Assembly: GCA_903906305.1 (NCBI GenBank)
Contig: CAIVJR010000003.1
Coordinates: 1-56,874 of the forward strand
Direction: 5' to 3'
DNA from: an uncultured bacterium
GTDB taxonomy: Bacteria > Patescibacteriota > Dojkabacteria > SC72
Length of the DNA stretch: 56,874 bases
The notes under the pieces are model-generated. The model was given only the letters and a program-made list of their open reading frames with translations, ran no database searches and had not been told where the DNA came from. Each line of letters begins with the position of its first letter. The first letter of the stretch is position 1. Positions 26,768 through 35,503 of the stretch are shown here, in pieces. A program made the translations under genes and the position numbers.

Positions 26768-27478
26768 ATGGTTTCGAAAACATCAGAGAATTCCGCTCTG
26801 TTAGTTGAAAAGAACACTGATATTCTAAAAGTTTTAAAACCTTGTTTCCTTTACCACGAGATACATTTGACTCATCTAAAGGATATTTCAGATATTCCTA
26901 TTTCACTTAGTAGTAGATATTCTCTTTTAATATTAGATCTCAAGCTTTTAAATCCAACAAACATCGAATATTTTAAAAAAGTTAGAGAGCAGAATCTATT
27001 CTTACCAATTATAGCTACAGGACCAAATGATATATCAGATGCTATTAATTCATTTACTCTTGGGATTAATCTCTATCATTCGAAGCCAATCTGTTGTGAA
27101 TTGTTAAAAGCTCAAATTGGTCAATTAACATCTTTCTTTAGTAGAAAAGTAATATTTGAGATTGGAGATATAATGATAGATTTGGCTTCCAAATCATTTT
27201 TTGTTAAGAATAAGAAAATTCCTCTTACATACCAAGAGTTCCACCTTCTTGCACTATTAATGCGGGCTAGGGGACATATAGTTAGTAGAGATTGTATTAG
27301 TAAGTACTTTGCAGGAAAGCATGAAGAAATTAGTTATGCCGCAGTTGATACCTTAGTTAGCAGAATTAGATCTAAGCTTAAATCACATCTCAAAGAACCA
27401 CTAATTCAAACTGTTCATAAGGTAGGGTATAGAATAAATACAATATATTTCAAAGACCTCCACATTGAAAAAAGCTAA
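26768..27478 (+). CDS. OmpR-family winged-helix regulator with atypical receiver domain
   Basis: 236 aa. C-terminal Trans_reg_C pattern (YQEFHLLALLM..VDTLVSRIRSKL..VHKVGYRI). The receiver keeps the Asp (LLILDLKL), Thr and Lys (HSKP), but the acidic pair is E-K (LLVEKN) instead of D-D. Confidence 0.7.
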   Translation: MVSKTSENSALLVEKNTDILKVLKPCFLYHEIHLTHLKDISDIPISLSSRYSLLILDLKLLNPTNIEYFKKVREQNLFLPIIATGPNDISDAINSFTLGINLYHSKPICCELLKAQIGQLTSFFSRKVIFEIGDIMIDLASKSFFVKNKKIPLTYQEFHLLALLMRARGHIVSRDCISKYFAGKHEEISYAAVDTLVSRIRSKLKSHLKEPLIQTVHKVGYRINTIYFKDLHIEKS

Positions 27479-27487
27479 TCACAATTA

Positions 27488-27496
27488 TGATATAAT
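27488..27496 (+). promoter_or_regulatory. extended -10 (TGATATAAT) 6 nt upstream of the def ATG
   Basis: Perfect TGnTATAAT. ATG at 27503. Confidence 0.6.
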
Positions 27497-27502
27497 TTCT
27501 CT

Positions 27503-27994
27503 ATGGCGAAGGCATTAAACATACTAACAACAAAGAATTTAAAAGAAGAATCCATATTACGTGGAAGAAGTTTGTTAGTTACACCTGATGAGTTAAAAGC
27601 AAAGAAATTTAAGGAATTTCTTGATGATTTGCTATACACGGCCCAACATAGTGAGGATCAGGGAAATGTGCCTGCAGGGGGTATTGCAGCTATTCAGGTT
27701 GGACAAAACAAGCGAGTGTTCTATTCATTAAACTATGATACCGAGCAATGGGAGCTTTTCATAAATCCAAGCATAGAACCACATGGTTTTCTCAAAGTAA
27801 CAGGTGAAGAGGGGTGTTTGAGTATTCCAAATTTTACTGGTAATGTTTCAAGGTATTTCAAGATTAAAGTTAGGTACCAAGATTTGGATGGAAATTGGAT
27901 TACGAAAAAATACAATGATATAAATGCAGCTAGCATACAGCATGAGTTCGATCACTTGGAGGGAATCTTGTTCACTGATAGAATGGAGAAATAG
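27503..27994 (+). CDS. def: peptide deformylase
   Basis: Motifs GIAAIQVG, EGCLSIP and HEFDHLEG. 163 aa. Confidence 0.9.
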   Translation: MAKALNILTTKNLKEESILRGRSLLVTPDELKAKKFKEFLDDLLYTAQHSEDQGNVPAGGIAAIQVGQNKRVFYSLNYDTEQWELFINPSIEPHGFLKVTGEEGCLSIPNFTGNVSRYFKIKVRYQDLDGNWITKKYNDINAASIQHEFDHLEGILFTDRMEK

Positions 27995-28017
27995 AAATAA
28001 ATTTTTTACTGCCGAAA

Positions 28018-29145
28018 ATGAAAAAGCTTCTTGTATTAATAACCATCCTAATTATATCTTCCACTATTGTTTCTCCAATATTTGCAACTACAGATACCAC
28101 AGTCTCAGATGTACTTGGTTCTACAACCGAAACTGAAAACAAGAATCCTTTAGAAACAACAACCATATCAAATAACGCACTTAAGGTAGAAATACCTACT
28201 CAAACAGATAATCCAAGCACAATAATTACATTTACCAATCCTTCTATGGACAATGCTGTCGTTCAGCTAGAAATGGATAGTAAGGGATATGTAGATATTA
28301 CCAGTCCTTACACCTTACCAGCTTTAAGCATTGGTAAACATACACTCTCCTTTAAATTCCAGGATGAGAATGCATCTACACAACTTTACGACACATCAAT
28401 AATCATAATTCCGCGTGCTCCAATATTAAGTACTCCTGTAATCGGCACAGAAGACGTCACTATATCTGGAAGTGGATTAGCCAACTCAGAAGTCATTGTC
28501 TTACTTTCTTCGGGAGATACAGTACTAACTCAAACTGTAATAATTGATGGGGACGGGAAATGGACTATGGCTTTTGCAAAAAGCGATTTTGGGAATGACA
28601 TATTTTCACTCAATGCATATACCCGAAGATATGGGTATGCTAGCAATCTCTCTGAAGTTACAAAGTTTACATTAGATAATCAAAAAACAATATCTAATAC
28701 AACAAACAAAGCTTTTGATATTCGAGACATTACCATTGATGGTATAAAAAACTGGATTATAACCAATCAAATATATTTGATTATCGCAGTATCTTCATTA
28801 CTAATAGGAATAATGCTTGGAATATTTTTCGTATCACAAAAGAAGCAAAAAAATGAGAAGGTAGTCGAGAAGAAGGTCGCAGAAAAATTCGTTAAAACAG
28901 ACTCTAAGGAAGCAGGGGTTACTTTAAGAGAGAAACTTATGGGAACTGGGAAACCAACAGAACAAAAGGTGGAGGAAAAAAAAGAGGAAGAGAAGAAAAC
29001 AGAAGTTAAACCAGAAGAAAAAGAAGACGAACGAGTTATGAACAAAATGGATTTCCTAAAAGATTTCAAAAACTTTGATCCTGATAATTCAAAAGGCGAA
29101 GAAAAAACATCATCTGTAGAAGTATCTCTTACATCCAAAAAATAG
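28018..29145 (+). CDS. type-I membrane protein: signal peptide, Ig-like extracellular region, TM helix, K/E-rich cytoplasmic tail
   Basis: 375 aa. Signal peptide, beta-rich region, TM helix IYLIIAVSSLLIGIMLGIFFV, then a highly charged KE-rich tail. Confidence 0.5.
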   Translation: MKKLLVLITILIISSTIVSPIFATTDTTVSDVLGSTTETENKNPLETTTISNNALKVEIPTQTDNPSTIITFTNPSMDNAVVQLEMDSKGYVDITSPYTLPALSIGKHTLSFKFQDENASTQLYDTSIIIIPRAPILSTPVIGTEDVTISGSGLANSEVIVLLSSGDTVLTQTVIIDGDGKWTMAFAKSDFGNDIFSLNAYTRRYGYASNLSEVTKFTLDNQKTISNTTNKAFDIRDITIDGIKNWIITNQIYLIIAVSSLLIGIMLGIFFVSQKKQKNEKVVEKKVAEKFVKTDSKEAGVTLREKLMGTGKPTEQKVEEKKEEEKKTEVKPEEKEDERVMNKMDFLKDFKNFDPDNSKGEEKTSSVEVSLTSKK

Positions 29146-29151
29146 ATTTCG

Positions 29152-29160
29152 TGGTAAAAT
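29152..29160 (+). promoter_or_regulatory. extended -10 (TGGTAAAAT) upstream of tRNA-Leu(CAG)
   Basis: Ends 11 nt before tRNA position 1 (29172). Confidence 0.5.
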
Positions 29161-29171
29161 ACCAGTAACAA

Positions 29172-29255
29172 GCCAAGGTGGTGAAATTGGTATACACGCT
29201 ACGTTCAGAACGTAGTCCTAGTGATAGGTTGGGGGTTCAAATCCCCCCCCTGGCA
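29172..29255 (+). tRNA. tRNA-Leu (anticodon CAG)
   Basis: Cloverleaf by hand. Anticodon stem CTACG/CGTAG with loop TTCAGAA, long variable arm, T-arm GGGGG-TTCAAAT-CCCCC, discriminator A, CCA not encoded. A5.C68 mismatch in the acceptor stem. Confidence 0.85.
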
Positions 29256-29257
29256 TC

Positions 29258-31018
29258 TTAATTATTCCAATACCAGTTCTCAATATTCCAATATCTCTCA
29301 TATGAGAAATTGATATTATCAATATCTACACCATTAAGCTTACTATCAAAGTAAAACACGAGGGTTGGATGATATAGGAATATGACAGGGGCATCTGCCA
29401 TGAGATATTTTTGAAACTGAAAATATTTTGCTTTCCTTGTAGCTTCATTCGTTGTTTTACGAGCATCTTCTAATAGAATATCAACTCTTTCATACTGATA
29501 ACCTGATAAATTCAAATATGGATCATTAACTTTCAATGAGTGCCATAGATTATATTGATCAGGATCAACAGTTGTTTCTATTTCATACAATAATATTTCA
29601 AAGTCTCTTGTAACAATAGTCTGCTGAGATATTTGATTGTAATCTTGTTTATTAGGCTTTATCACAATACCTTCTTCATCCATCCTTGCTACAATAGCTT
29701 CCACTAATCGATTATTCATATCATTATCAAGGTAACTTAATGTAAAACTTAAGATTTTTCCTTCCTTTGATTCGAAGTATCCAGTTTCTGCATTCTTCGT
29801 ATACCCACCAGTTGTCAAAAGCTCAGCAGCCTTTACAGAATCATATGAAAAGTAAGATATTTGATTATTAAATGCCCACGAGCTTTTGGGATATGGACCC
29901 TGCATAACCTCTCCCTCAATATGGGCATCCTGAAGCAATGAATTAATATCAAAGAGATAGTTTAAGGCCATCCTAATATTTTTATCTTTTAAGTTATCCT
30001 TTCTTATATTTAGAAATAGAATTCTGTTTCTAAATTCTTCGCTCTTTGTCAAAACACCAAAGGAAGAATATTCTTGCATGAAAGAAAGGGCTTCACTGTT
30101 CCAGCTTCCCAAAGCATCAATATCACCGACTCTCATAGCAGTTTCCAAAGATGCAAAATCTGGATATACCCTTAGTACAATCTTCTTAAGGCTTGGATAG
30201 TAATTATCATATTGATTATCTACCAAGTAAACTGCATTTTGTTCAGTTTTTTCTACTTTGTATTTTCCACTTCCTATAACAGTTTCATCAAATGCATTGC
30301 GCATATCCTTTAAATCTATCTTACTTAAAATACTTTTTGGAACTATATATATTGATATTGCTTCAAAGAATGTAGGATTTGCTTCTGTAAGAGTAAATTG
30401 CAAGGACTTCTCATCTAACTTTGTAATATTCACTCCAACAAGCGCAGCACCAACAGAATCATCTGAAGCGAGGGAGATTGCAGTATTAAAGGTATATAGA
30501 ATATCATCTATGGTAACACTTGTACCATCTTGCCAATATAGCCCCTCATCGATTGTAAATGTATATATCAAACCATCACTAGAACCTGACCATTCTTTTG
30601 CAATACCTGAAGTTGGCTTACCATTAGTATTAATATATACAAATTTTTCAAAAACCAAACTATCTATTGCCTTGTCTACATAGTTAGTTGAAGCAAACAA
30701 CGGATTAAAGGTTGAAATAGCACCAACCATACCTTCCGTATATTTATCAACTGAAGAAGATTTAGATTTCAAGAAATTTGTAAATGTTTTTGATTGCAAA
30801 AATATTACAAAGGATATGGCTAACAAAGAAAAAACAAATATCAAACTAAATGGGATAGTTTTTTTAAAAACTTTTTCAACAAAATAGGGATAATTCCAAA
30901 TTCCATCTCTCCAGTCATGAGATTCATCTTTTGCTTCAACAATCTTAAGACTTTTAAACTCGTTAAGAGCATCCCTCATGGATAAAGCCTTGTTTTGTGC
31001 TTTAGTATTAGATTTCAT
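29258..31018 (-). CDS. family-5 (Opp/Dpp-type) solute-binding protein with N-terminal TM anchor
   Basis: 586 aa. TM helix IPFSLIFVFSLLAISFVIFL, then an SBP_bac_5-like domain. No permease or ATPase genes adjacent. Confidence 0.6.
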   Translation of the reverse strand: MKSNTKAQNKALSMRDALNEFKSLKIVEAKDESHDWRDGIWNYPYFVEKVFKKTIPFSLIFVFSLLAISFVIFLQSKTFTNFLKSKSSSVDKYTEGMVGAISTFNPLFASTNYVDKAIDSLVFEKFVYINTNGKPTSGIAKEWSGSSDGLIYTFTIDEGLYWQDGTSVTIDDILYTFNTAISLASDDSVGAALVGVNITKLDEKSLQFTLTEANPTFFEAISIYIVPKSILSKIDLKDMRNAFDETVIGSGKYKVEKTEQNAVYLVDNQYDNYYPSLKKIVLRVYPDFASLETAMRVGDIDALGSWNSEALSFMQEYSSFGVLTKSEEFRNRILFLNIRKDNLKDKNIRMALNYLFDINSLLQDAHIEGEVMQGPYPKSSWAFNNQISYFSYDSVKAAELLTTGGYTKNAETGYFESKEGKILSFTLSYLDNDMNNRLVEAIVARMDEEGIVIKPNKQDYNQISQQTIVTRDFEILLYEIETTVDPDQYNLWHSLKVNDPYLNLSGYQYERVDILLEDARKTTNEATRKAKYFQFQKYLMADAPVIFLYHPTLVFYFDSKLNGVDIDNINFSYERYWNIENWYWNN

Positions 31019-31029
31019 AATCTACTCAG

Positions 31030-31260
31030 TTATGCAGAGTATTTTAGTATTAAGAGGGAGAGTACAACTAAGACAAGTATTAAACCAATTGTAAGGTAAT
31101 AAAGAACCTTTTCTAAACCTCGCTTTGTTCTAAATACTTCTCCGCCTCCACCAAACATTTTACCCAAACCTTCTGCACGGTTTTGAAGTAATACGGCGAC
31201 TACGAGTACACCACATACAGCGATTTGAGATATTAAGAATATTTTTAATGTGTTATCCAT
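31030..31260 (-). CDS. secG: preprotein translocase subunit SecG
   Basis: 76 aa with two TM helices flanking the Gly-rich loop LLQNRAEGLGKMFGGGG. Confidence 0.75.
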   Translation of the reverse strand: MDNTLKIFLISQIAVCGVLVVAVLLQNRAEGLGKMFGGGGEVFRTKRGLEKVLYYLTIGLILVLVVLSLLILKYSA

Positions 31261-31268
31261 AAGCCATA

Positions 31269-31676
31269 TTATACACTATCTAATTCCTTGTAGATAGAAC
31301 AAATTAAAGCGGAAATTACAGATACACTGATAATTGTAACTGTAGGTGTAACAGAAAAACTCGCTATTTCTAACGTTCCCCAAGTAACACCATCAAAAAC
31401 ATATGGATTAATATATAACCCTGTCATGAATATTTTCAAAAGAAAAAATACTCCAACCAAAAGAATTCCTGACATTAAAAAGTGTGTAAACAGATTTGAT
31501 TTAACTGTTAAGAATTTCAAAAGAGGGCCAGAAATAACAACAGTGAAGGTAAGAATCAAAAGGGTAATAACAAGATAGAGAGATGTAGTAGGTAATACAA
31601 TTCCTTTGTTAAACAAACCAATAACAAAGTACAGTATGAAAAAGTACACAAACAAAGATTTAATAAATTGCTTCAT
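31269..31676 (-). CDS. 4-TM small membrane protein (possibly PF04020/holin-4_2-like)
   Basis: 135 aa with four hydrophobic helices. The family guess comes from the topology and the GPLLKFLT..SGILL pattern only. Confidence 0.4.
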   Translation of the reverse strand: MKQFIKSLFVYFFILYFVIGLFNKGIVLPTTSLYLVITLLILTFTVVISGPLLKFLTVKSNLFTHFLMSGILLVGVFFLLKIFMTGLYINPYVFDGVTWGTLEIASFSVTPTVTIISVSVISALICSIYKELDSV

Positions 31677-31772
31677 ATTTAGCAGTAAAAATATTAAGAC
31701 ATAAATAATATATCACACCATCATAGACATGAATAGTTTGTTTAAGTATACTAGAAATATCAAACCTGCCTA

Positions 31773-33155
31773 ATGAAAAACTATTCTAAAACTAAAATAA
31801 TAGCCACTATTGGACCATCTTCTTGGGATGCTCCAGTATTAAAGGAGATGTATTCTGCTGGAATGGATATAGCCAGAATAAATGCTTCATTTGCAGATTT
31901 TGCAGAATTAGAGAGAGTTTCAACTGCTTTAAGAGCAACTTCTCCAAGGATTGGAATCATGCTTGATACACAGGGACACAAGATCAGAGTAACTGGATTG
32001 GATCATGAAATGATGATAGAAGGGGAAATCTCAATTCCAAATACCTTCAATATTACATACCCTGATTTGTACAAGGACGTTTCTGTGGGGACAAGAATTC
32101 TTCTAGATGATGGCAATATTCAATTGATTGTAAAAGCAATACAAAATACAGAAGTGATATGCACAGTTACACAACCTGGAATATTAAAGCCAAACAAAAC
32201 TGTAAATATACCTGATGTTAATTTAAATTTTCCTGCCATTGCAGAAAAAGATAGGGCAGATATTATTTTTGCGGTTGAACATAAATTTGATTTCCTTTCG
32301 CTTTCATTTGTAAGAAATAAAGAAGATATATTGGCTGTAAGAGAATTAATTGGGAATAGTGGTATCAAACTCATCGCAAAGATAGAGAATATACAAGGAG
32401 TAGCAAACTTTGATGAAATCCTTTCTGTGACTGATGCAATCATGGTTGCTAGGGGAGACCTTGGAGTGGAGATCCCTTTTGAAAAAGTCCCAATACTACA
32501 AAAACAATTCATATATAAATGTAGACAAGCAGGTAAGCCAGTGATCGTTGCTACCCAAATGCTTGAATCCATGAAAGAAGCCATACAACCAACTAGAGCA
32601 GAGATTTCAGATGTAGCCAATGCGGTTATGGATGGAGCTGATGCTTTAATGCTTTCTGCAGAAACTTCTACTGGTAAAAATCCTGTTGTAGCAGTAGCTA
32701 CTATGCAAAAAATTGCTAAAGAAGCTGAGTCAGTACTACAACAAAGTCCGATATATGGACATACTTCCGCACCTGAAGAGGTTGATGAATTATGTAGAAA
32801 TCTATGTGATATTTCTGAGAGTATGAAGCTTAAAGGTATTGTTGTCATATCTAATACGGGTCAAACGGTACTTAGTCTTTCAAGGCATAGACCTAATGCT
32901 CCAATATGGGAGATTAGCAATTCATTAGAACGTATTAGACAGGATTCTTTGCTTAATGGGGTTACTGGGTTCTTTTTAAAGGATTTACCTCAGGACAGGG
33001 ATGAGTGTACTCAGGGTGCGGTAGAAGTGATTTATGCACAAGGGGAGTTGGATTTAAATGATAAAATTGCTATTATTAGCGGTAGTTCTATAAGACATAA
33101 CACAACTGATGCTATTTTAGAGATAGTTCAAGTTAAGAATGTCTTATCCAGATAA
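31773..33155 (+). CDS. pyk: pyruvate kinase
   Basis: 460 aa. KIIATIGPSS, MVARGDLGVEIP and ATQMLESM motifs. Confidence 0.9.
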   Translation: MKNYSKTKIIATIGPSSWDAPVLKEMYSAGMDIARINASFADFAELERVSTALRATSPRIGIMLDTQGHKIRVTGLDHEMMIEGEISIPNTFNITYPDLYKDVSVGTRILLDDGNIQLIVKAIQNTEVICTVTQPGILKPNKTVNIPDVNLNFPAIAEKDRADIIFAVEHKFDFLSLSFVRNKEDILAVRELIGNSGIKLIAKIENIQGVANFDEILSVTDAIMVARGDLGVEIPFEKVPILQKQFIYKCRQAGKPVIVATQMLESMKEAIQPTRAEISDVANAVMDGADALMLSAETSTGKNPVVAVATMQKIAKEAESVLQQSPIYGHTSAPEEVDELCRNLCDISESMKLKGIVVISNTGQTVLSLSRHRPNAPIWEISNSLERIRQDSLLNGVTGFFLKDLPQDRDECTQGAVEVIYAQGELDLNDKIAIISGSSIRHNTTDAILEIVQVKNVLSR

Positions 33156-33158
33156 CAC

Positions 33159-33234
33159 GGTGACGTAGCCAAGTTGGTTAAGGCCGCGGTCTGCAAAACC
33201 GCTATCATGGGTCCGAATCCCATCGTCACCTCCA
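33159..33234 (+). tRNA. tRNA-Cys (anticodon GCA), CCA encoded
   Basis: Perfect acceptor GGTGACG/CGTCACC, anticodon stem GCGGT/ACCGC with loop CTGCAAA, discriminator U73, CCA. The T-loop reads TCCGAAT (C at position 55). Starts 3 nt after the pyk stop. Confidence 0.85.
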
Positions 33235-33283
33235 TTAAATGATTGAAAATCTAAGTCTTTTAGATTAGAATAGCGTAAATTAT

Positions 33284-33367
33284 GCCGAGATGGTGGAACT
33301 GGCAGACACGCGGGACTTAAAATCCCGTTCTAGAAATAGAGTGAGGGTTCAAGTCCCTCTCCCGGCA
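33284..33367 (+). tRNA. tRNA-Leu (anticodon TAA)
   Basis: Anticodon stem CGGGA/TCCCG with loop CTTAAAA, long variable arm, T-arm GAGGG-TTCAAGT-CCCTC, discriminator A, no CCA. A5.C68 mismatch in the acceptor stem. Confidence 0.85.
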
Positions 33368-33398
33368 TATTCAAAAAGAAATTCTTTATGAGAATAGT

Positions 33399-33665
33399 TT
33401 AATCAGCCTCATCAAACTTATCTGGATCATTGTTTCCACACTTAGGGCATACCATTTCCCCTTTATGCAGTCCCTCATATACATACCCACATACAAGACA
33501 CTTCCATCGTCTCCATGAACTATCAATACCATGAGCAGGAGGTTCTTTAACTACATATGCCTCTTGATTAACAGGAACTACATTCGAAGTAATATCAGGA
33601 ATAGGAGTAACTACTGGTGGTACAGGAGTAGTAGGCAGAGGATTATTATTTAATATATCCGCCAT
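33399..33665 (-). CDS. rubredoxin-like zinc-ribbon protein with Pro-rich N-terminus
   Basis: 88 aa. C-terminal WKCLVCGYVYEG..MVCPKCGN..DKF resembles the rubredoxin/rubrerythrin CxxC..CxxC knuckles. 20-nt overlap with the upstream gene. Confidence 0.5.
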   Translation of the reverse strand: MADILNNNPLPTTPVPPVVTPIPDITSNVVPVNQEAYVVKEPPAHGIDSSWRRWKCLVCGYVYEGLHKGEMVCPKCGNNDPDKFDEAD

Positions 33666-34257
33666 CTTGTATATATTTTAAAATTAAATCAAATGTCTCC
33701 TTCTCATTCATATGGGAGGAGTCTATGACAATATCATTGTACTCCGTTGGATCAGAATAATTAATACCTTGAATATCATAGTATCTTCTAAAATCAATCT
33801 GATATCTTTTAACAAGATCAAATCGCATCCTTAAATATGTAAATATATTTTTCCAATTAAATGGAATACCATACTTAGACATAGCTCTCAACGTTCTAAC
33901 ATGAAGATTGGCCTCAATCCATATCTTAACGGTACAAGGGATATCTTTTTTAACTGCTAATGCAGCGAAATTCTTAGATTCTATTAATATATTGGGATTC
34001 TCACTTTCCTTAAAAAGAATAGCATCAACCTCCTTATCCAAATCCATTAATAATTTCTCATTCTCTTGAAAATATGCTCTATCATTATCTATATATCCCT
34101 TTTCTTCAAGTAACCTTCTAAAAAGGTTTCCACCATATATACGCTTCAAATTGAAATGTTCTGCCAACATCTTCGCAATAGTGGAGCTACCACTACCACC
34201 AGGACCACCTATTACAAAAAGCAATCCTAAATCTTTAGATCTAACCTTTTGATTCAT
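33646..34257 (-). CDS. P-loop nucleotide kinase (cytidylate kinase-like)
   Basis: 203 aa. P-loop GGPGGSGSST and archaeal-type CMP-kinase-like layout. TATAAT (rc 34264-34269) lies 6 nt upstream of the ATG. Confidence 0.55.
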   Translation of the reverse strand: MNQKVRSKDLGLLFVIGGPGGSGSSTIAKMLAEHFNLKRIYGGNLFRRLLEEKGYIDNDRAYFQENEKLLMDLDKEVDAILFKESENPNILIESKNFAALAVKKDIPCTVKIWIEANLHVRTLRAMSKYGIPFNWKNIFTYLRMRFDLVKRYQIDFRRYYDIQGINYSDPTEYNDIVIDSSHMNEKETFDLILKYIQDGGYIK

Positions 34258-34288
34258 ACACTAATTATAGTATATTAATAATCAGACT

Positions 34289-35503
34289 ATGTCCAATCCA
34301 AACAATATCCAAAAACGAAGAGTAAAGAAGATACTAACTGGGCATAAACCAGATAGCATAATTCTCATATTTGCCATTGTAATGGCTATATTTGGAGCCA
34401 TCATGATCTTTGATGCAAGTGTATTTCAAGCTAATACCATCTTTCATGATCAATTCTATTTCCTCAAATCACAACTTGTTTGGTTAGTTGTAGGAACAAT
34501 CCCAGCAGTATTAGTATATTTCTGGGATTACCGAAAAATTCTTAAATTAGCATTCCCTGCACTAATCATTACTGTAGTATTACTAGTACTCGTGCTAGTA
34601 CTTGGAGAGGCTCTAAATGGCTCAAAACGATGGTTTGCGCTTGGATCATTGCCAAAGATACAACCTGCGGAATTTGCAAAGATAACATTGATTATGTATC
34701 TAGCTAGCTGGCTTGCAAAGAGGGATTACAAATACAAAGATTTTAAATCTGCATTGAGGGAAGGGTTCATAAAAAATCTACTAGGATTCTTAGCCATACT
34801 TGGAACTGTTGCAGTTTTAATTCTCCTAGAACCTGATCTTGGTACCACTATGATCCTATGTATGACCTGCTTTTTAATGTTCATTATGGCTGGGGAAGAC
34901 AAAACACATACTCTAGCTTCAATTTCAGTGCTCCTTTTACTTGTTCCTGTAGCTGTATTAGCTGCGATACTTGAGCCATATAGATTACAAAGGGTAATGA
35001 CATTCATGAGCCTACTGTTCACTGGAAAAGTAGCAGATCCTCAAGGAAGTGGGTATCAGATGCAACAGATATTAATTGGAATTGGATCGGGTGGGCTCTT
35101 TGGAACCGGCTTTGGACAATCACGGCAGAGATTTGGATATTTGGTAGAAAATACTGCATTTACTGATTCCATATTTGCTGTAATCTTGGAGGAATTAGGC
35201 TTTTTGGGAGGAACAATAATCATAATTGCATGGTTAGTATTCCTTTGGAGAGGACTTAAGATTGCAATGGGTGCACCAGACAAAGAAGGAAAACTCTTGG
35301 CAGCGGGTATTACAATATGGTTAGTACTACAAACCCTTTTAAATATTGCTGCTAATGTTGGATTTATACCTCTTACCGGAATGCCTATACCTCTAGTAAG
35401 CTATGGTGGGTCAAGTACTATCGTTTCCTTAATAGGAATTGGTATACTGTTAAATATCAGTAAATACTCGAACGTACAAAATGGACAAACAAAGATTAGA
35501 TAA
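34289..35503 (+). CDS. ftsW: SEDS-family peptidoglycan polymerase FtsW/RodA
   Basis: 404 aa, about 10 TM helices, motifs QPAEFAK, TDSIFAV and PLVSYGGSS. Directly upstream of murG. Confidence 0.8.
   Translation: MSNPNNIQKRRVKKILTGHKPDSIILIFAIVMAIFGAIMIFDASVFQANTIFHDQFYFLKSQLVWLVVGTIPAVLVYFWDYRKILKLAFPALIITVVLLVLVLVLGEALNGSKRWFALGSLPKIQPAEFAKITLIMYLASWLAKRDYKYKDFKSALREGFIKNLLGFLAILGTVAVLILLEPDLGTTMILCMTCFLMFIMAGEDKTHTLASISVLLLLVPVAVLAAILEPYRLQRVMTFMSLLFTGKVADPQGSGYQMQQILIGIGSGGLFGTGFGQSRQRFGYLVENTAFTDSIFAVILEELGFLGGTIIIIAWLVFLWRGLKIAMGAPDKEGKLLAAGITIWLVLQTLLNIAANVGFIPLTGMPIPLVSYGGSSTIVSLIGIGILLNISKYSNVQNGQTKIR

Noticed and set aside
32120-32848. Long antisense ORFs inside well-supported genes. 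Examples: 242 aa opposite pyk, 182 aa at 52451..52999 opposite tyrS, 168 aa at 53744..54250 opposite rel, 172 aa at 23307..23825, 172 aa at 17144..17662 and 140 aa at 16487..16909.
   Set aside because: They lie entirely within conserved genes on the other strand, have Ser/Ile/Phe-rich low-complexity composition, and carry no promoter or SD signal. They are typical shadow ORFs of AT-rich coding DNA.
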